A stretch of 60,383 nt of DNA from Candidatus Eiseniibacteriota bacterium. Lineage in GTDB: Bacteria; Eisenbacteria; RBG-16-71-46. Under the pieces are notes generated by a model that worked only from the letters and a program-made list of their open reading frames with translations, was not told where the DNA came from and searched no databases. The DNA lies in NCBI GenBank assembly GCA_963725865.1, contig CAVSAC010000013.1:1-60383 (forward strand). The letters run 5' to 3'. Below, one piece after another: positions 1 through 14,803 of this stretch. Positions within the stretch are counted from its first letter, which is position 1. Each line of letters begins with the position of its first letter. Made by a program: the position numbers and the translations under genes.

Positions 1-905
1 CGCGCCGTCGTCGCGTCGGCCGGCACGGCCCAGTACGACTCGAGCGCGCGGAAATGGTCGATACGCACGAGATCGAACCGCGCGAGCTGCGCGCGCAGGC
101 GGTCGAGCCACCAGCGGAAGCCCGTGCGCTGCATCGCATCCCAGTCGTACAGCGGGTTGCCCCACAGCTGACCGTCGGCATTGAAGTAGTCCGGCGGCAC
201 TCCGGCCACCTCGCTCGGCTCGCCGTCGGCATCGAGCGCGAACAGCCCGCGCCGCCACCAGACCTCGACGCTGTTGCGGTCCACGTAGAACGGCAGATCG
301 CCGAAGAGCTGCACGCCGCGATCGTTCGCGTAGCGCTTCAGCGCCGACCACTGGAGGTCGAACAGATACTGCTCGAAGACGATGCCGCGGAACCGTTCGC
401 GTTGCTCGCGCGCGAGCCGCCGCAGCGCGTGCGGGTCGCGATCGCGAAATTCGCGCGGCCACTGCCACCACGGCACGGCGCCGAACCGCTCGCTGCAGAG
501 CTCGAACAGCCCGTACGGAAGAAGCCAGCGCTGCGCGCGCACGTAGCTCGCGAGCTCGCGTCGCTGCGCGTCGGTCGCGAGCGCCGCGAACGACCGATAG
601 AGCGCGTCGTGCCGCCCGTCGAGCGCAGCGAGGTCGACGCCGCGCGGCAGCTCGCGCAACGTCGCGAGATGCTCGCGATCGAGCAGCCGGCGGTTGCCGG
701 CGTACGCCGAGCGCTGGCAATACGGCGAGCCGTACGCGTCGGGCGGACCGAGCGGCAGCGTCTGCCACACGCTGAAGCCGCCGGCCGCGAGCCAGTCGAC
801 GAACCGCCACGCCTCACGGCCCAGCGTGCCCTGCGAGTCCAAGCCGGGTAGCGACGTCGGATGGAGCAATACCCCGGCGCGGCGCGCGGCGAGGACGGGA
901 TTCAC
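1..905 (-). CDS. malQ: 4-alpha-glucanotransferase (amylomaltase, GH77), runs off the left edge
   Basis: Manual minus-strand translation from GTG at 905: [21 protein letters not shown]...[16 protein letters not shown]...[20 protein letters not shown]; start and RIDHF motif share one frame; no stop in the window, so it is absent from the ORF track. Confidence 0.93.
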   Translation of the reverse strand, partial: MNPVLAARRAGVLLHPTSLPGLDSQGTLGREAWRFVDWLAAGGFSVWQTLPLGPPDAYGSPYCQRSAYAGNRRLLDREHLATLRELPRGVDLAALDGRHDALYRSFAALATDAQRRELASYVRAQRWLLPYGLFELCSERFGAVPWWQWPREFRDRDPHALRRLAREQRERFRGIVFEQYLFDLQWSALKRYANDRGVQLFGDLPFYVDRNSVEVWWRRGLFALDADGEPSEVAGVPPDYFNADGQLWGNPLYDWDAMQRTGFRWWLDRLRAQLARFDLVRIDHFRALESYWAVPADATTA

Positions 906-911
906 GGCCGT

Positions 912-1511
912 TCAGTGCGAGGGGCCGCGCCGCAGCGCCGCCAGCATGCTGCGCGTGACGAGCACGATGCCGTTGTCCGTGACGTGGAAGTTCTCGCTGT
1001 CGGCCTCGCGGTCGCGCCCGATCGCCATCCCGTGCGGAATGTCGCAGTACTCGTCGATGATCGCGTTCGCGATGTAGCAGCTGCGGCCGATCTCGACGTG
1101 CGGCAGCACGACGGAGCGACACACTTCCGACTGCTCGTCGACCATGACGTTCGTAAGCAGCAGCGATTCGCGCACGAGCGCGCCCGAGACGATGCAGCCG
1201 CCCGCGATCATCGAGTTGATCGCGAGACCGCGCCGCCGGTCCTCGTCGAGAATGAACTTCGCGCCCGGTACCTGCTCCTGATACGTCCAGATCGGCCACG
1301 CCTCGTCGTACAGATTCAGCTCGGGGCTCACGTAGATGAGCTCCATGTTCGCGCTGTAATACGCGTCCACCGTGCCGACGTCGCGCCAGTAGCGCTGCGC
1401 CTTCGTCTCGACGTCCTCGAACGGGTACGCGAACACGCGCCGCGTCGCGACGGCCTCGGGAATGACGTTGCGGCCGAAGTCGTGCTTCGACTGCGGATCC
1501 GCCGCGTCGCG
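912..1511 (-). pseudogene. glgC: Glucose-1-phosphate adenylyltransferase, C-terminal ~200 codons only
   Basis: [38 protein letters not shown] and the beta-helix [14 protein letters not shown]; in-frame TAG at 1512-1514 directly upstream; N-terminal nucleotidyltransferase half absent. Confidence 0.88.
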
Positions 1512-3321
<1,810 letters not shown>

Positions 3322-3528
3322 GGTGGGGGCTCCCTCCCTCGGGACGCGCCCGCGTCCCGTCCCGGATCCCAGTGGACGCAGGCCAGATTGCGCGGGAGGG
3401 GTGTGCGCACGGGCCTCGACGATCCCCGACCGTCATCGGCACGCGCCCGCCCGCGCTTGAGAGCTGCGCGGGGTACGCCCGACGCCGACGGGGGGGCGGG
3501 TCACCTGCACGGCGGCCACGCGGTGCGC

Positions 3529-4026
3529 TCAGCGCCGCTCGCGGCCCATCAGCCCCGCGCCGCCGGCGATCATCAGGCACGAGATCGCGATCGGCACCCA
3601 GACCGGCTGCACCCACCACGGGTGCGGTGGGATCAGGAACAGCAGGTCGCGGGTGAGCAGGCTGGCGGGCCAGTCCACCAGCAGGCGCAACGCGACGTAG
3701 TAGGTGATGTCCCAGATCCCGAACGCCACCAGGAACGCCCCGAGGCGCCCGCGTCCGGTGCGTGCGGCGAGCGCGCCGACCGCCGCCAGCATCAGCAGCG
3801 TCGCCGCCTCGCGGCCCTGCTCGGTCGGCATGAGCCACGGCACCGAGCGCAGCGCGCGCAGCATCGTGTCAGGGTCGGGGGTGGCCTCACCGCGCGGCAT
3901 GCCGAGCAGGGCGCGGATGTACACCACCACCACCGCCTCGAGCCAGCCCATCGCGGTGCCGTAGACCGCCACCAGCGCGAGCCGGCCACCGGGGCGCGCC
4001 GGGCCGGGATGGGCGTCGTGGGGCAT
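3529..4026 (-). CDS. Conserved hypothetical integral membrane protein (~165 aa)
   Basis: C-terminal part of the 848-aa ORF: MPHDAH..AMGWLEAVVVVYIR..EQGREAATLLML..FGIWDITYY..DLLFLIP..PVWVP; ATG overlaps the polX stop (TGATG). Confidence 0.75.
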   Translation of the reverse strand: MPHDAHPGPARPGGRLALVAVYGTAMGWLEAVVVVYIRALLGMPRGEATPDPDTMLRALRSVPWLMPTEQGREAATLLMLAAVGALAARTGRGRLGAFLVAFGIWDITYYVALRLLVDWPASLLTRDLLFLIPPHPWWVQPVWVPIAISCLMIAGGAGLMGRERR

Positions 4027-6075
4027 CAGGCCCCTCGCCGCTTCGAGGCGCGCGCTCGGGCGGTGGAAGGCTTGCCTCCCGTCGGCTTCGCGGCGCCGCG
4101 CGGCTTCGTGGCGGCGGGCTTCGCGGCACCGCGCGGCTTCGTGGCGGCGGGCTTCGCGGCATCGCGCGGCTTCGTCGCGGCGGGCTTCGCGGCATCGCGA
4201 GACTTGGTGGCGGCAGGCTCCGCGCGCGCGGCCGCCCCGGCCGCGCCAGGCTTCGCGGGCGCGCTCGATTTCGCGGGCCGGGCCTTCGCCGTGCTGGCAT
4301 CCGCAGCGCTCGACTTCGGCGGCGCCGCAGCCGCCGCGCGCGGGCCGAGTCGTGCGGCGAGCGCCGCCATGAAGCGCTCGTAGGTCAGTGTGTTCAGCAC
4401 GTCGTCCCGGGTCAGACCGGCACGGCGCGCCTGGAACACGCCGTAGCGCAGGTTGTCGAGCTGCGCCACCGAGTGGGCGTCGGTGTCGATCACGAACCGC
4501 ACTCCCTTCTCGCGCGCCAGCCGCGCGTGCACTTCGCTGAGGTCGAGCCGGTCCGGCTGGGCGTTGATCTCCATCGCCACGCCGCGCGCGGCGGCGCGCT
4601 CGAACACGCGCTCGACGTCGAACGGCGAGCCGGGCCGGGTCCCGATGATGCGTCCGGTGGGATGCCCCATCGCGCACACGCGCGGGTGGTCGAGCGCCGC
4701 GAGCACCCGCGCGGTGGCGGCGTCGGCGGGCTGGTCGAGGCGGGAGTGGAGCGAGACGATCACCCAGTCGAGCAGCGCCAGCCCCTCGTCGTCGAGGTCG
4801 AGCCCGCCGTCGGCGAGGATGTCCACCTCGAGCCCGTGCAGCACGTGGATGCCGGGGACCGCGTGGCGCACCGCCTCGATCTCGGCCACCGACCTGCGCA
4901 CCCGCGCGGTGTCGAACCCGCGCGCCATCGCCAGCGACTGCGAGTGCTCGGTGATGGCGCAATACGCGTAGCCGCGCTCGCGCGCCGCGCGCACCATGGT
5001 CTCGAGCGTGTCGCGACCATCGCTGCGGTCGCTGTGCACGTGCAGGTCGGCGACCAGGTCGCGCTCCTCGATCAGCCGCGGCAGGGTCCCCGCGCGCGCC
5101 AGCGCGATCTCGCCGCGCGCCTCGCGCAGCTCGGGCGGGATCCACGCCAGCCCGAGCGCGGCGTAGACGTCCTGCTCGGTGCGCGCCGCCACCACGTGGC
5201 CATCGCGCTCGCGCGCCAGCCCGTACTCGTTGAGCGTCAGCCCCTGCGCGATCGCCAGCTTGCGCAGCTCGATGTTGTGCTCCTTGCTGCCGGTGAAGTA
5301 GAGCAGCGCGGCGCCGAACGACTCGGCCGGCACCAGCCGCAGGTCGACCTGCAGCCCGTTGCGCAGCCGCACGCTCGACTTGGTGTCGCCGCGACCGAGC
5401 ACGTCGGCGACGTCGGCGTGGCCGGTGAATGCGTCCATCACGGGACCGGCGCCCCCGCCGCACACCAGCAGGTCGAGGTCGCCCACGGTCTCGCGGCGGC
5501 GCCGGAACGAGCCGGCCAGCTCCACCTGCGTCACGCTCCGGCACGCGCGCCACGCGCTCGGCCAGCGCGTGCGCCACCGCCCAGGCTCCGGCCAGCAGCA
5601 CGCGCCCGGCATGGTGGCTCGCCACCTCGAGCGCTTTGATGACGTTCTGCTCGACCTTCTCGCCGAAGCCGGGCAGGTCGCGCAGCCGGCCCTCCTGCGC
5701 CGCCTGCGCGAGCGCGGCGCGGTCGCGGATGCCGAGGGTCTCGAACAGCGTCTTCACCCGCTTGGGCCCCAGCCCCTGCAGCTCGGTGAAGCCCGCGACT
5801 TCGAGCGGGATCCTCTTCGCCATCTCGTCGTACAGCTCGGTGGAGCCGCTTTGGGCGATGTCCCGGATCTTCTGCGCCAGGTCCTTGCCGATCCCGGGCA
5901 GCGCCTCGAGCGCGCCCTCGCTCCCGGCGAGCGCCGCCATGGGCTCGGCCTGCGATTCGACCACGCGCGCGCCCTCGCGGTAGGCGCGCACGCGGAACGG
6001 GTTCGCGCCGTCGATCTCGAGCAGCGTGGCCAGCGTCGACAGCACCTGGGCGATCTCGGCGTTGGTGCGGGACAT
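4026..6075 (-). CDS. polX: DNA polymerase X / PHP 3'-5' exonuclease with basic C-terminal tail (one frameshift near 5540)
   Basis: N-term ANPFRVRAY, HhH LPGIGK and GLGPKR, AGSFRRRRETVGDLDLL, YFTGSKEHN, PHP DLHVHSDRSDG, ITEHS, HPTGR, DTDAH. Confidence 0.93.
4084..4215. repeat. 33-bp tandem repeat x4 encoding AATKPR(G/D)AAKP in the PolX tail
   Basis: Units ggcttcgcggc(g/a)(c/t)cgcgcggcttcgt(g/c)gcggcg starting at 4084, 4117, 4150 and 4183 (last most degenerate). Confidence 0.9.
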
Positions 6076-6125
6076 GGGGTCTCCAGGGACGTGCGTGGCC
6101 GCGGGGGCCCGCGCGGTCGCGGTCG

Positions 6126-8785
<2,660 letters not shown>

Positions 8786-8859
8786 GGACGCAGGGTAAGA
8801 CCCCGCTGCCGGGGCACGCAACCGCCGCGCCGGCGGGCCCGCCACCGCGAGCCGGTCCG

Positions 8860-9495
8860 GTGCCGCGGCCCACCGCCCACGCGCGGAGGAGGAAGCCCAC
8901 CCTGAGTGCGCTCCACGGTCTCTGGCTCGCCTGCGTGATCGTCGCGGTGGTCCCGTTCCTGGATTCGGCGCGGCTGACCGTGGGCGGGTCGTACGTCGTC
9001 CAGCGCGGGCGCGACCGCCTCCTCCTGCTCGCGGTCGAGCTCGGCCTGGTGGCGCTGTGGGCGCTCTCGAGCCTGGTGCTGCGGCTCGATCGCGCGCTGG
9101 CGCCGCCCGCACTGCAACCGGCGGGGGCATGGGCGGGTCTCGCGCTCAGCGCGGCCGGCCTGGGGCTCGCCGCGTGGGGCAAGGTCCGCCTCGGACGCTG
9201 GTTCACCGGCAGCTTCGGGCTCAAGCCGGGTCACGAGCTGGTCACCGATGGACCGTACGCGGTGACGCGGCATCCCCTCTACACCGGGGTGCTGTTCGCC
9301 GTCGCGGGGAGCGCGCTGGTCTGGAACCGCTTGCTCCTCCTGGTGCTCGCCGTGGTATTGGTGGTCCCGCTCTGGTGTCACACCGTGATCGAGGAGCGCA
9401 TGTTCGTGGACCACTTCGGTGACGCCTACCGGCGTTACCAGCGGCGCGTGCCGAGACTCGTGCCGTTCGCCCCCCGTCCCCGGGAGGACGCATGA
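8860..9495 (+). CDS. Isoprenylcysteine carboxyl methyltransferase (ICMT/PEMT) family membrane protein
   Basis: HELVTDGPYAVTRHPLYTG, EERMFVDHFGDAYRRYQRRVPRLVP. Confidence 0.88.
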   Translation: MPRPTAHARRRKPTLSALHGLWLACVIVAVVPFLDSARLTVGGSYVVQRGRDRLLLLAVELGLVALWALSSLVLRLDRALAPPALQPAGAWAGLALSAAGLGLAAWGKVRLGRWFTGSFGLKPGHELVTDGPYAVTRHPLYTGVLFAVAGSALVWNRLLLLVLAVVLVVPLWCHTVIEERMFVDHFGDAYRRYQRRVPRLVPFAPRPREDA

Positions 9496-9941
9496 CCGAC
9501 GCGAAGGCCACCGCGCTCAAGGCCGGCACGTTCTCGAACGTCGCCAAGGCGGCGCTCGAGAAGCACGTCCCCGAAGCCACCCGGAGCTCCGCCAGCTGGG
9601 GCATCAAGACCAACCTGGTGTGGGTCCGCTGGCATCGTGGCGACGGCGCGAACGTCTACCTGGGGCTGCGACGCCACCTCGGCTGGGTCACCGGCGAGGC
9701 GGCCATCTCGGTCGACCGTCAGGACCTCGAGGTGTTGCCGCTGCGCGCCGGGGGCGAGGACGAGACCGAGTGCTCGCGCGCCCGCGGCTATCGCGTGCGC
9801 CTCGGCGAGCTGCTGCACGAGGAGGACCGCTGGTGGCCGGCGGGGAACTCCGTCGCGGAGCTGCGCCGCCAGCTCGAGTGGATCGTGCTGCAGTTGCGCG
9901 TCAAGGCCGACAGCTACTTCCTCAGGCACCCGCCCGCCTAG
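9492..9941 (+). CDS. Hypothetical protein (149 aa)
   Basis: ATGA coupling with the upstream gene, GGAGG RBS, globular composition; no family recognised. Confidence 0.65.
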   Translation: MTDAKATALKAGTFSNVAKAALEKHVPEATRSSASWGIKTNLVWVRWHRGDGANVYLGLRRHLGWVTGEAAISVDRQDLEVLPLRAGGEDETECSRARGYRVRLGELLHEEDRWWPAGNSVAELRRQLEWIVLQLRVKADSYFLRHPPA

Positions 9942-9956
9942 CCGCTCCCCGGTCGA

Positions 9957-10145
9957 TCAGCCGCCGCTGACCGCCGGCACGATGCTGATCTCGGCTCCGT
10001 CGGGCAACGCGGTGGCGAGGCCACCGGTCCAGCGGATGGCCTCCACCCCCACGAACACGTTGACGTGCGGGCGCATCTCGCCGCGCTCGTCCACCACGCG
10101 GTCGGCACACCGGGCGCGGCGCGCCCCGCGCCGGGGGCGCGCCAC
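9957..10145 (-). pseudogene. MoaD/ThiS-family ubiquitin-like sulfur carrier, N-terminus missing or garbled
   Basis: DRVVDERGEMRPHVNVFVG..LPDGAEISIVPAVSGG* (C-terminal GG); too little room upstream for the usual ~90-aa protein. Confidence 0.75.
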
Positions 10146-10190
10146 CGGTCCACTACCGGCGCGACGCGGAGATCGAGAGCCCGGGAGCGC

Positions 10191-11570
10191 TCAGGCGCCC
10201 GGCCACACCGCCGCCGCGATGCTCACCACGGTGCTGTCGGGCTCGGGGCTCTGCTCGTAGCCGAGTAGGCGGCCCGGGCCGGGCTCGGCGCAGCGCAGCA
10301 GCGCGTAGGTCGGGGCGAAGCCGCAGATGCGGGTGACGTCCTGCTGCTCGGCGATGGCCGTGAACCATCCGTCGGCGTCGCCCTTCACCGCGGCCGCGAG
10401 CGCGGGGCGGTCGACCTCCTCGACCTCGCCCCGGGCGCGCTCGTCCACCGTGGCGTCGCCGAAGCGCGGGCCGACGTGCGAGAGGTCCACCGCCGGCGAG
10501 GAACACGGTGTCGCCGCCCTCGGCCGCGGCGGTGTCGCGCACCGCCTGCAGGAAGCGCCTCGAAGCCGGCGTCCTCGCGCGGGGTCTGCCCGTCGTCGAG
10601 CAGCGCGTGGAAGCCGCCGCACACGATCGGCACGATGGCGAACGGGTGCTCGCCGAGGTGGCGCCTGCAGGTAGAGCGCCATGAACTCGATCGAGTGCTC
10701 GTCGCGGTGCGCCAGCTCGCCGTGGTAGGCGGCCTCGCCGAGCCGCTCCGCGACGGCGTCGACGAACGCGGTGTCGCACGCCACCGTGCCGAGCGGCGTC
10801 TCGTAGCGCTTGCGGGTGAGCGCGTACGCGTCGCCGAACAGCTGGTGGCCGGTGCCGAACACCACCACGCGCAGCGGCGCCGCGCGGCTCGCGGCCGATC
10901 TCCATCACGGCGCGCGCGATCAGCGTGTCCGGCGCGCCGCGGGTCGAGGTGCGGGCGCCAGCAGCGCGCGCGGCCGCGCGTCGGGCGCGGCGAGCGGGCT
11001 CGCCTGCCGCCGCGCGAGCCTGCTTCGGCGGCGGCGAAGTCGGCGTCGATCGAGCGGGCGCACGCTGTCGGGCTCGGCCGGATAGGCCACGCCCTCGAAC
11101 ACCGCCTGGCGCACCTCGAGGGCATGGTACTCGTCGCGCACCGTCGCGATACGCCGCCTCGAAGCGCGGCGATTCGAGCATGAGCAGGCGGTCGAGCTGA
11201 CCGACGAAGTCGCTCACCATGTTGCCGACGCGCAGATCCTTGCTCTCGCGCATCACCGCGGCGGTGATGTCGTTCATCGACACGCGTGCCGTCGAGCAGC
11301 TGGAGCAGCCCCAGCGATTCCACCGAGAGCGCGGCCGGCGCGGGCATCACGCCCAGCGGGTCGTTCACGACCAGCACCTCGCGCTCGCCGTCGCGGGCCA
11401 TCGACAGCATGAGCGGGCGCAGCCGCGGGAACTCGGGCAGCTCGTCGGGCTCCTCCAGCCGCGCGCCGGGCGGCAGCACGATGCGCGGCCCTTGCGCGGG
11501 CGTCGGTCTCGGCGCCGGGGATGATGAGTCGTCCGGGGCGCGGGGCGTCGTCGGGGGTCTCGATGGGCAT
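10191..11570 (-). CDS. amrB: AmmeMemoRadiSam system protein B (Memo family) with N-terminal extension; several frameshifts
   Basis: PHLD..R, VVFGTGH, YETPLG, AHRDEHSIEF, VDLSHVGPRFGD, ICGFAP across frames; ATG 11570 with GAGGAG RBS. Confidence 0.85.
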
Positions 11571-11717
11571 ACGGCTCCTCGGTGGGTCGCGTGCCTCCGG
11601 GCGCGGGGCCGCGGACGCGTCGGGCGGATGCGATGGATGCGCCGCGAGCCTAACCCGTGGTGCGCGCCGAGGAAAGTGCGTGCATCGCGCCCCGGCATGC
11701 GTCAAGATGCGCGCCCC

Positions 11718-12213
11718 ATGACCACCGCAGGCGATCGGCAAGCTCCTCGACTCCTACCTCGAGCGAGCTCGAGGGCCAGCCCGGCTTCTGGCGCGGCACT
11801 GCGCGAGGAGGTGCCGGTGTTCGTCTTCAGCGACGACGAGCACGACCGCATGCGGATCATGGCGCCGGTCGGCGAGCTGCGCGAGCTCGAGGCCGACGTG
11901 CTGCAGGTGCTGCTGCAGGCGAACTACGACCGCGCGCTCGACGCACGCTACGCCCTGCGCGGCATGGAGGTGTGGTCGGTGGCGGTGCACCCGCTCGCCA
12001 CGCTCGCGACCGACGACTTCGCCGAGCCTGTTCGACCAGGTGGTGACGCTGGTCAAGAACACCGGCACCACCTACGCGTCGACCGACCTGGTGTTCCGTT
12101 CATTCCGGCGACCAGATCGTGACGAGACCGAGAGACGACGAGGACGGACGACGGCGAGGCGGCGAGGACGACCGACGACGGACCCGAGAGACGAGCGCAC
12201 CCCCTGGCGATGA
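11718..12213 (+). CDS. Hypothetical protein, possibly YbjN/T3S-chaperone-like, with acidic tail; frameshifted
   Basis: DEHDRMRIMAPV..LLQANYDRALDARYA..DQVVTLVKNTGTTYAS then D/E-rich tail; TGA overlaps the next ATG. Confidence 0.6.
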
Positions 12214-13089
12214 ATCCCGCGCACGGCGAGCGCTCCCGGCGACGCGCATCGACGTCCGCGTCGACCGTGGCATGACGCTGCCCGGACGCGTGTGGTGCGC
12301 CGAGTCGCCCGCGCGCCGCTGGTCGGCGATCGTGCACGGCCTCGGCGAGCACAGCGGCCGCTACGCCGCGCTCGCCGTCCGACCTGGTGCGCGCGCGCTG
12401 CACGGTGGTCGCGCTCGACCTGCCCGGCCACGGCGAGGCGCCGGGGCCGCGCGGCGACATGCCGTCGTGGACGCTGCTGCGCGACCGGTGGTGCCGGCGA
12501 TGTTCACCGCGTCGCGCGGCCTGCCCGACCAGCCGGCCGGCGCTGCCGCGCGTGCTGCTCGGCCACAGCATGGGCGGCGGTGCTCGCGCTCGACTACGCG
12601 CTCGCGCACCCGCGCGAGCTGCTCGCGCTGGTGCTGAGCGCGCCGGCGCTGCGCAGCGCCGATGCCGCCGTGGTGGAAGCTGGCGCTGGCGAACGTCGCG
12701 CGCGCGACCGCGCCCGCGCACGGGCTTCCCGAACGGGCTCGACGAGAGCGGCATCTCGCGCGACCCGGAGGTGCTGGCACGCGCTACCGCGACGACCCGC
12801 GCGTGCACGACCGCATCAGCCCGCGGCTCTACTTCGCGTTCAACGAGGCGCGCCAGCGCTGCTGCGCGAAGCGCGCCGCCTGCAGGTGCCGACGCTGATG
12901 CTGCAGGGCATGGCCGACCGCGTCGATCGACCCCAAGGGCGCGCTCGAGTTCGCGGGCGCCGCGCCGCACGGCATGGTGCGCTTCGTCACGCTCAAGGAC
13001 GCCTACCACGAGATGTTCAACGATCACGGCCGCGACGCAGGTGGTCGCGGGACCTCGTCGCCTGGCTCGACGCGGTGCTGGTGGTGTAG
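12210..13089 (+). CDS. Alpha/beta hydrolase, lysophospholipase/monoacylglycerol lipase family; frameshifted
   Basis: IVHGLGEHSGRY, DLPGHG, LLGHSMGG nucleophile elbow, LVLSAP, LQGMAD, YHEMFN. Confidence 0.88.
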
Positions 13090-13092
13090 CCG

Positions 13093-14661
13093 CTACGCCG
13101 CGCGCGCGATGGCGACGGCCGGGCGCGCGGGCAGCGCGAGCAGCAGCTGGATCTCGCCGTCCCCGGCGGCCGTGACCAGCGTGCCGCCATGCAGGCCGAC
13201 CAGCTCGCGGATCAGCAGCACGCCCCAGCCCAACGCGTCGGTGTGGCCGGTGCCGCGCGGGCCGGCCGCGGGGGCGAGCTCGGACGCGAATACGTCGTTG
13301 CAGCCGTCGCGCCGCACCCGGATGTCGAGGGCGACCTGGTCCCGCGCGGTCGGGCCCGCCTGGAGCCGGGTCACCACCGCCAGCGTGGCGCCGCGCGCGC
13401 CGGCCCGCACCGCGCCCGCGATCAGGTGGCGCACCGCGGCGTGGAGCTTGCCGTGGTCCATCCATACGTCCGGCAACGCCTCGTCGAGGTCCAGCGCGAT
13501 CGTCATCGACCGGCGCGCCGCGCGGCCTTCGAGCGCGATCACGCTGTCGCGCACCAGCTGGTTGAGTGAGCCCGGCGTGCTCTCGAACGTGACCGCGCTG
13601 GCCTCGAGCGAGTACAGCCGCTGCAGGTCGTCCAGGTTCTCGAGCAGGCGGCCGGCCTGCTCCAGCAGCGCGGCGCAGAACGATTCGCGCTCGAGCTCGC
13701 CGAACGTCTCGCGCCGGGCGCGCAGCAGCTCGGCGTAGCCCATCACCGAGGCGAGCGGGTTGCGGATCTCGTGGTTGAGCGCGCACAGGAACTCGCGCCT
13801 CAGCGCGTGCAGGCGCTCGAAGGTCGCGGCGCGGCGATCGAGGGCCTCGAACTCACCGATGCGCCGCACCGTGATGGCGAGGTGCTCGGCGAACGGCATC
13901 AGCAGGCGGGCGTCGTCGTCGGTGAAGCGCGGCCGGCCCTCGAGCCGGGTCAGGTTGAGCACGCCCACCACGCGGTCGGGCAGCAGCAGCGGCAGGCACA
14001 GCGCCGAGCCGATCCCGCGCCACGCCTTCTCCTCGCCCGGGAAGCGCTCGGCCATGTCCTCGGCGTGCACCAGCGTCGCCACGCGCAGGGCCGCGACCCG
14101 GCCGGCGATGCCCTCGCCCAGGTGCACGCTCGACTCGCGCACCAGCTCGCCATCGGCGCCCGAGACCGCCAGGCAGTGCAGCTCCTGGCTGGTCTCGTCG
14201 AGGAGCATGATCGAGGCCTCGTCGGCCTCGAGGCAGGGAAGCAGGCGGTGGGTGACGGTCTCGAGCACCGGCTCGAGGTCGAGCTGCAGGTGCAGGTTGG
14301 CGGCGGCGTCGAACAGCGCGCTGATCTCGGACAGTCGCGAGTCGAGCGCCGCGGCGCGCACGTGCTCCGCGAGCAGGGTGCGCGCCAGCGCGGCGACGCG
14401 GCGCTGCTGGAGCAGCGCGTAGAGCGAGAACAACAGCAGCAGCCCGGCGAGCCCGACGATGAGATGGGGGCGCGTCTCCGGCGCCGGGAGCAGCTCGGCG
14501 CCACCGTTCAGCTGCGGGAGGTAGAGCAGGCCCACGGCGAGGCCGAGCCCGAGCAGGAGCAGGGTGCTGAGGCCCCAGTCGGCGAGGCCGCGCCGCGACA
14601 GCATACGCAGCAGCCGGTCGTCCCCGACCTTGGGAGCCATGGCCCGAGGGTGGCGGTTCAT
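13093..14661 (-). CDS. Membrane GAF-domain sensor histidine kinase-like protein with degenerate HATPase domain
   Basis: 2 TM, GAF (GEGIAGRVA..LCLPL..VVGVLNL..FTDDD), H-box LNHEIRNPL; ATP-binding boxes altered. Confidence 0.85.
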   Translation of the reverse strand: MNRHPRAMAPKVGDDRLLRMLSRRGLADWGLSTLLLLGLGLAVGLLYLPQLNGGAELLPAPETRPHLIVGLAGLLLLFSLYALLQQRRVAALARTLLAEHVRAAALDSRLSEISALFDAAANLHLQLDLEPVLETVTHRLLPCLEADEASIMLLDETSQELHCLAVSGADGELVRESSVHLGEGIAGRVAALRVATLVHAEDMAERFPGEEKAWRGIGSALCLPLLLPDRVVGVLNLTRLEGRPRFTDDDARLLMPFAEHLAITVRRIGEFEALDRRAATFERLHALRREFLCALNHEIRNPLASVMGYAELLRARRETFGELERESFCAALLEQAGRLLENLDDLQRLYSLEASAVTFESTPGSLNQLVRDSVIALEGRAARRSMTIALDLDEALPDVWMDHGKLHAAVRHLIAGAVRAGARGATLAVVTRLQAGPTARDQVALDIRVRRDGCNDVFASELAPAAGPRGTGHTDALGWGVLLIRELVGLHGGTLVTAAGDGEIQLLLALPARPAVAIARAA

Positions 14662-14803
14662 GGTGATCGGGGTATCGGCATCCCTGACGCACGCCTTGAT
14701 GGCGCACCCTGCACCACTTTCAGAGCCAAGCCGGGGCGCGACCGTCCGCAGCGGGTGGTACCGGGTCCCGGCTCGCCGGCACCGCGGCGGCGCCCGGACC
14801 GAC

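Noticed and set aside
4084..4215. 33-bp repeats as a CRISPR array
   Set aside because: Contiguous, spacer-less, in-frame coding repeats; no cas genes
3529..6075. 848-aa PolX-membrane protein fusion
   Set aside because: Artefact of the indel near 5540; the membrane gene has its own ATG overlapping the polX stop
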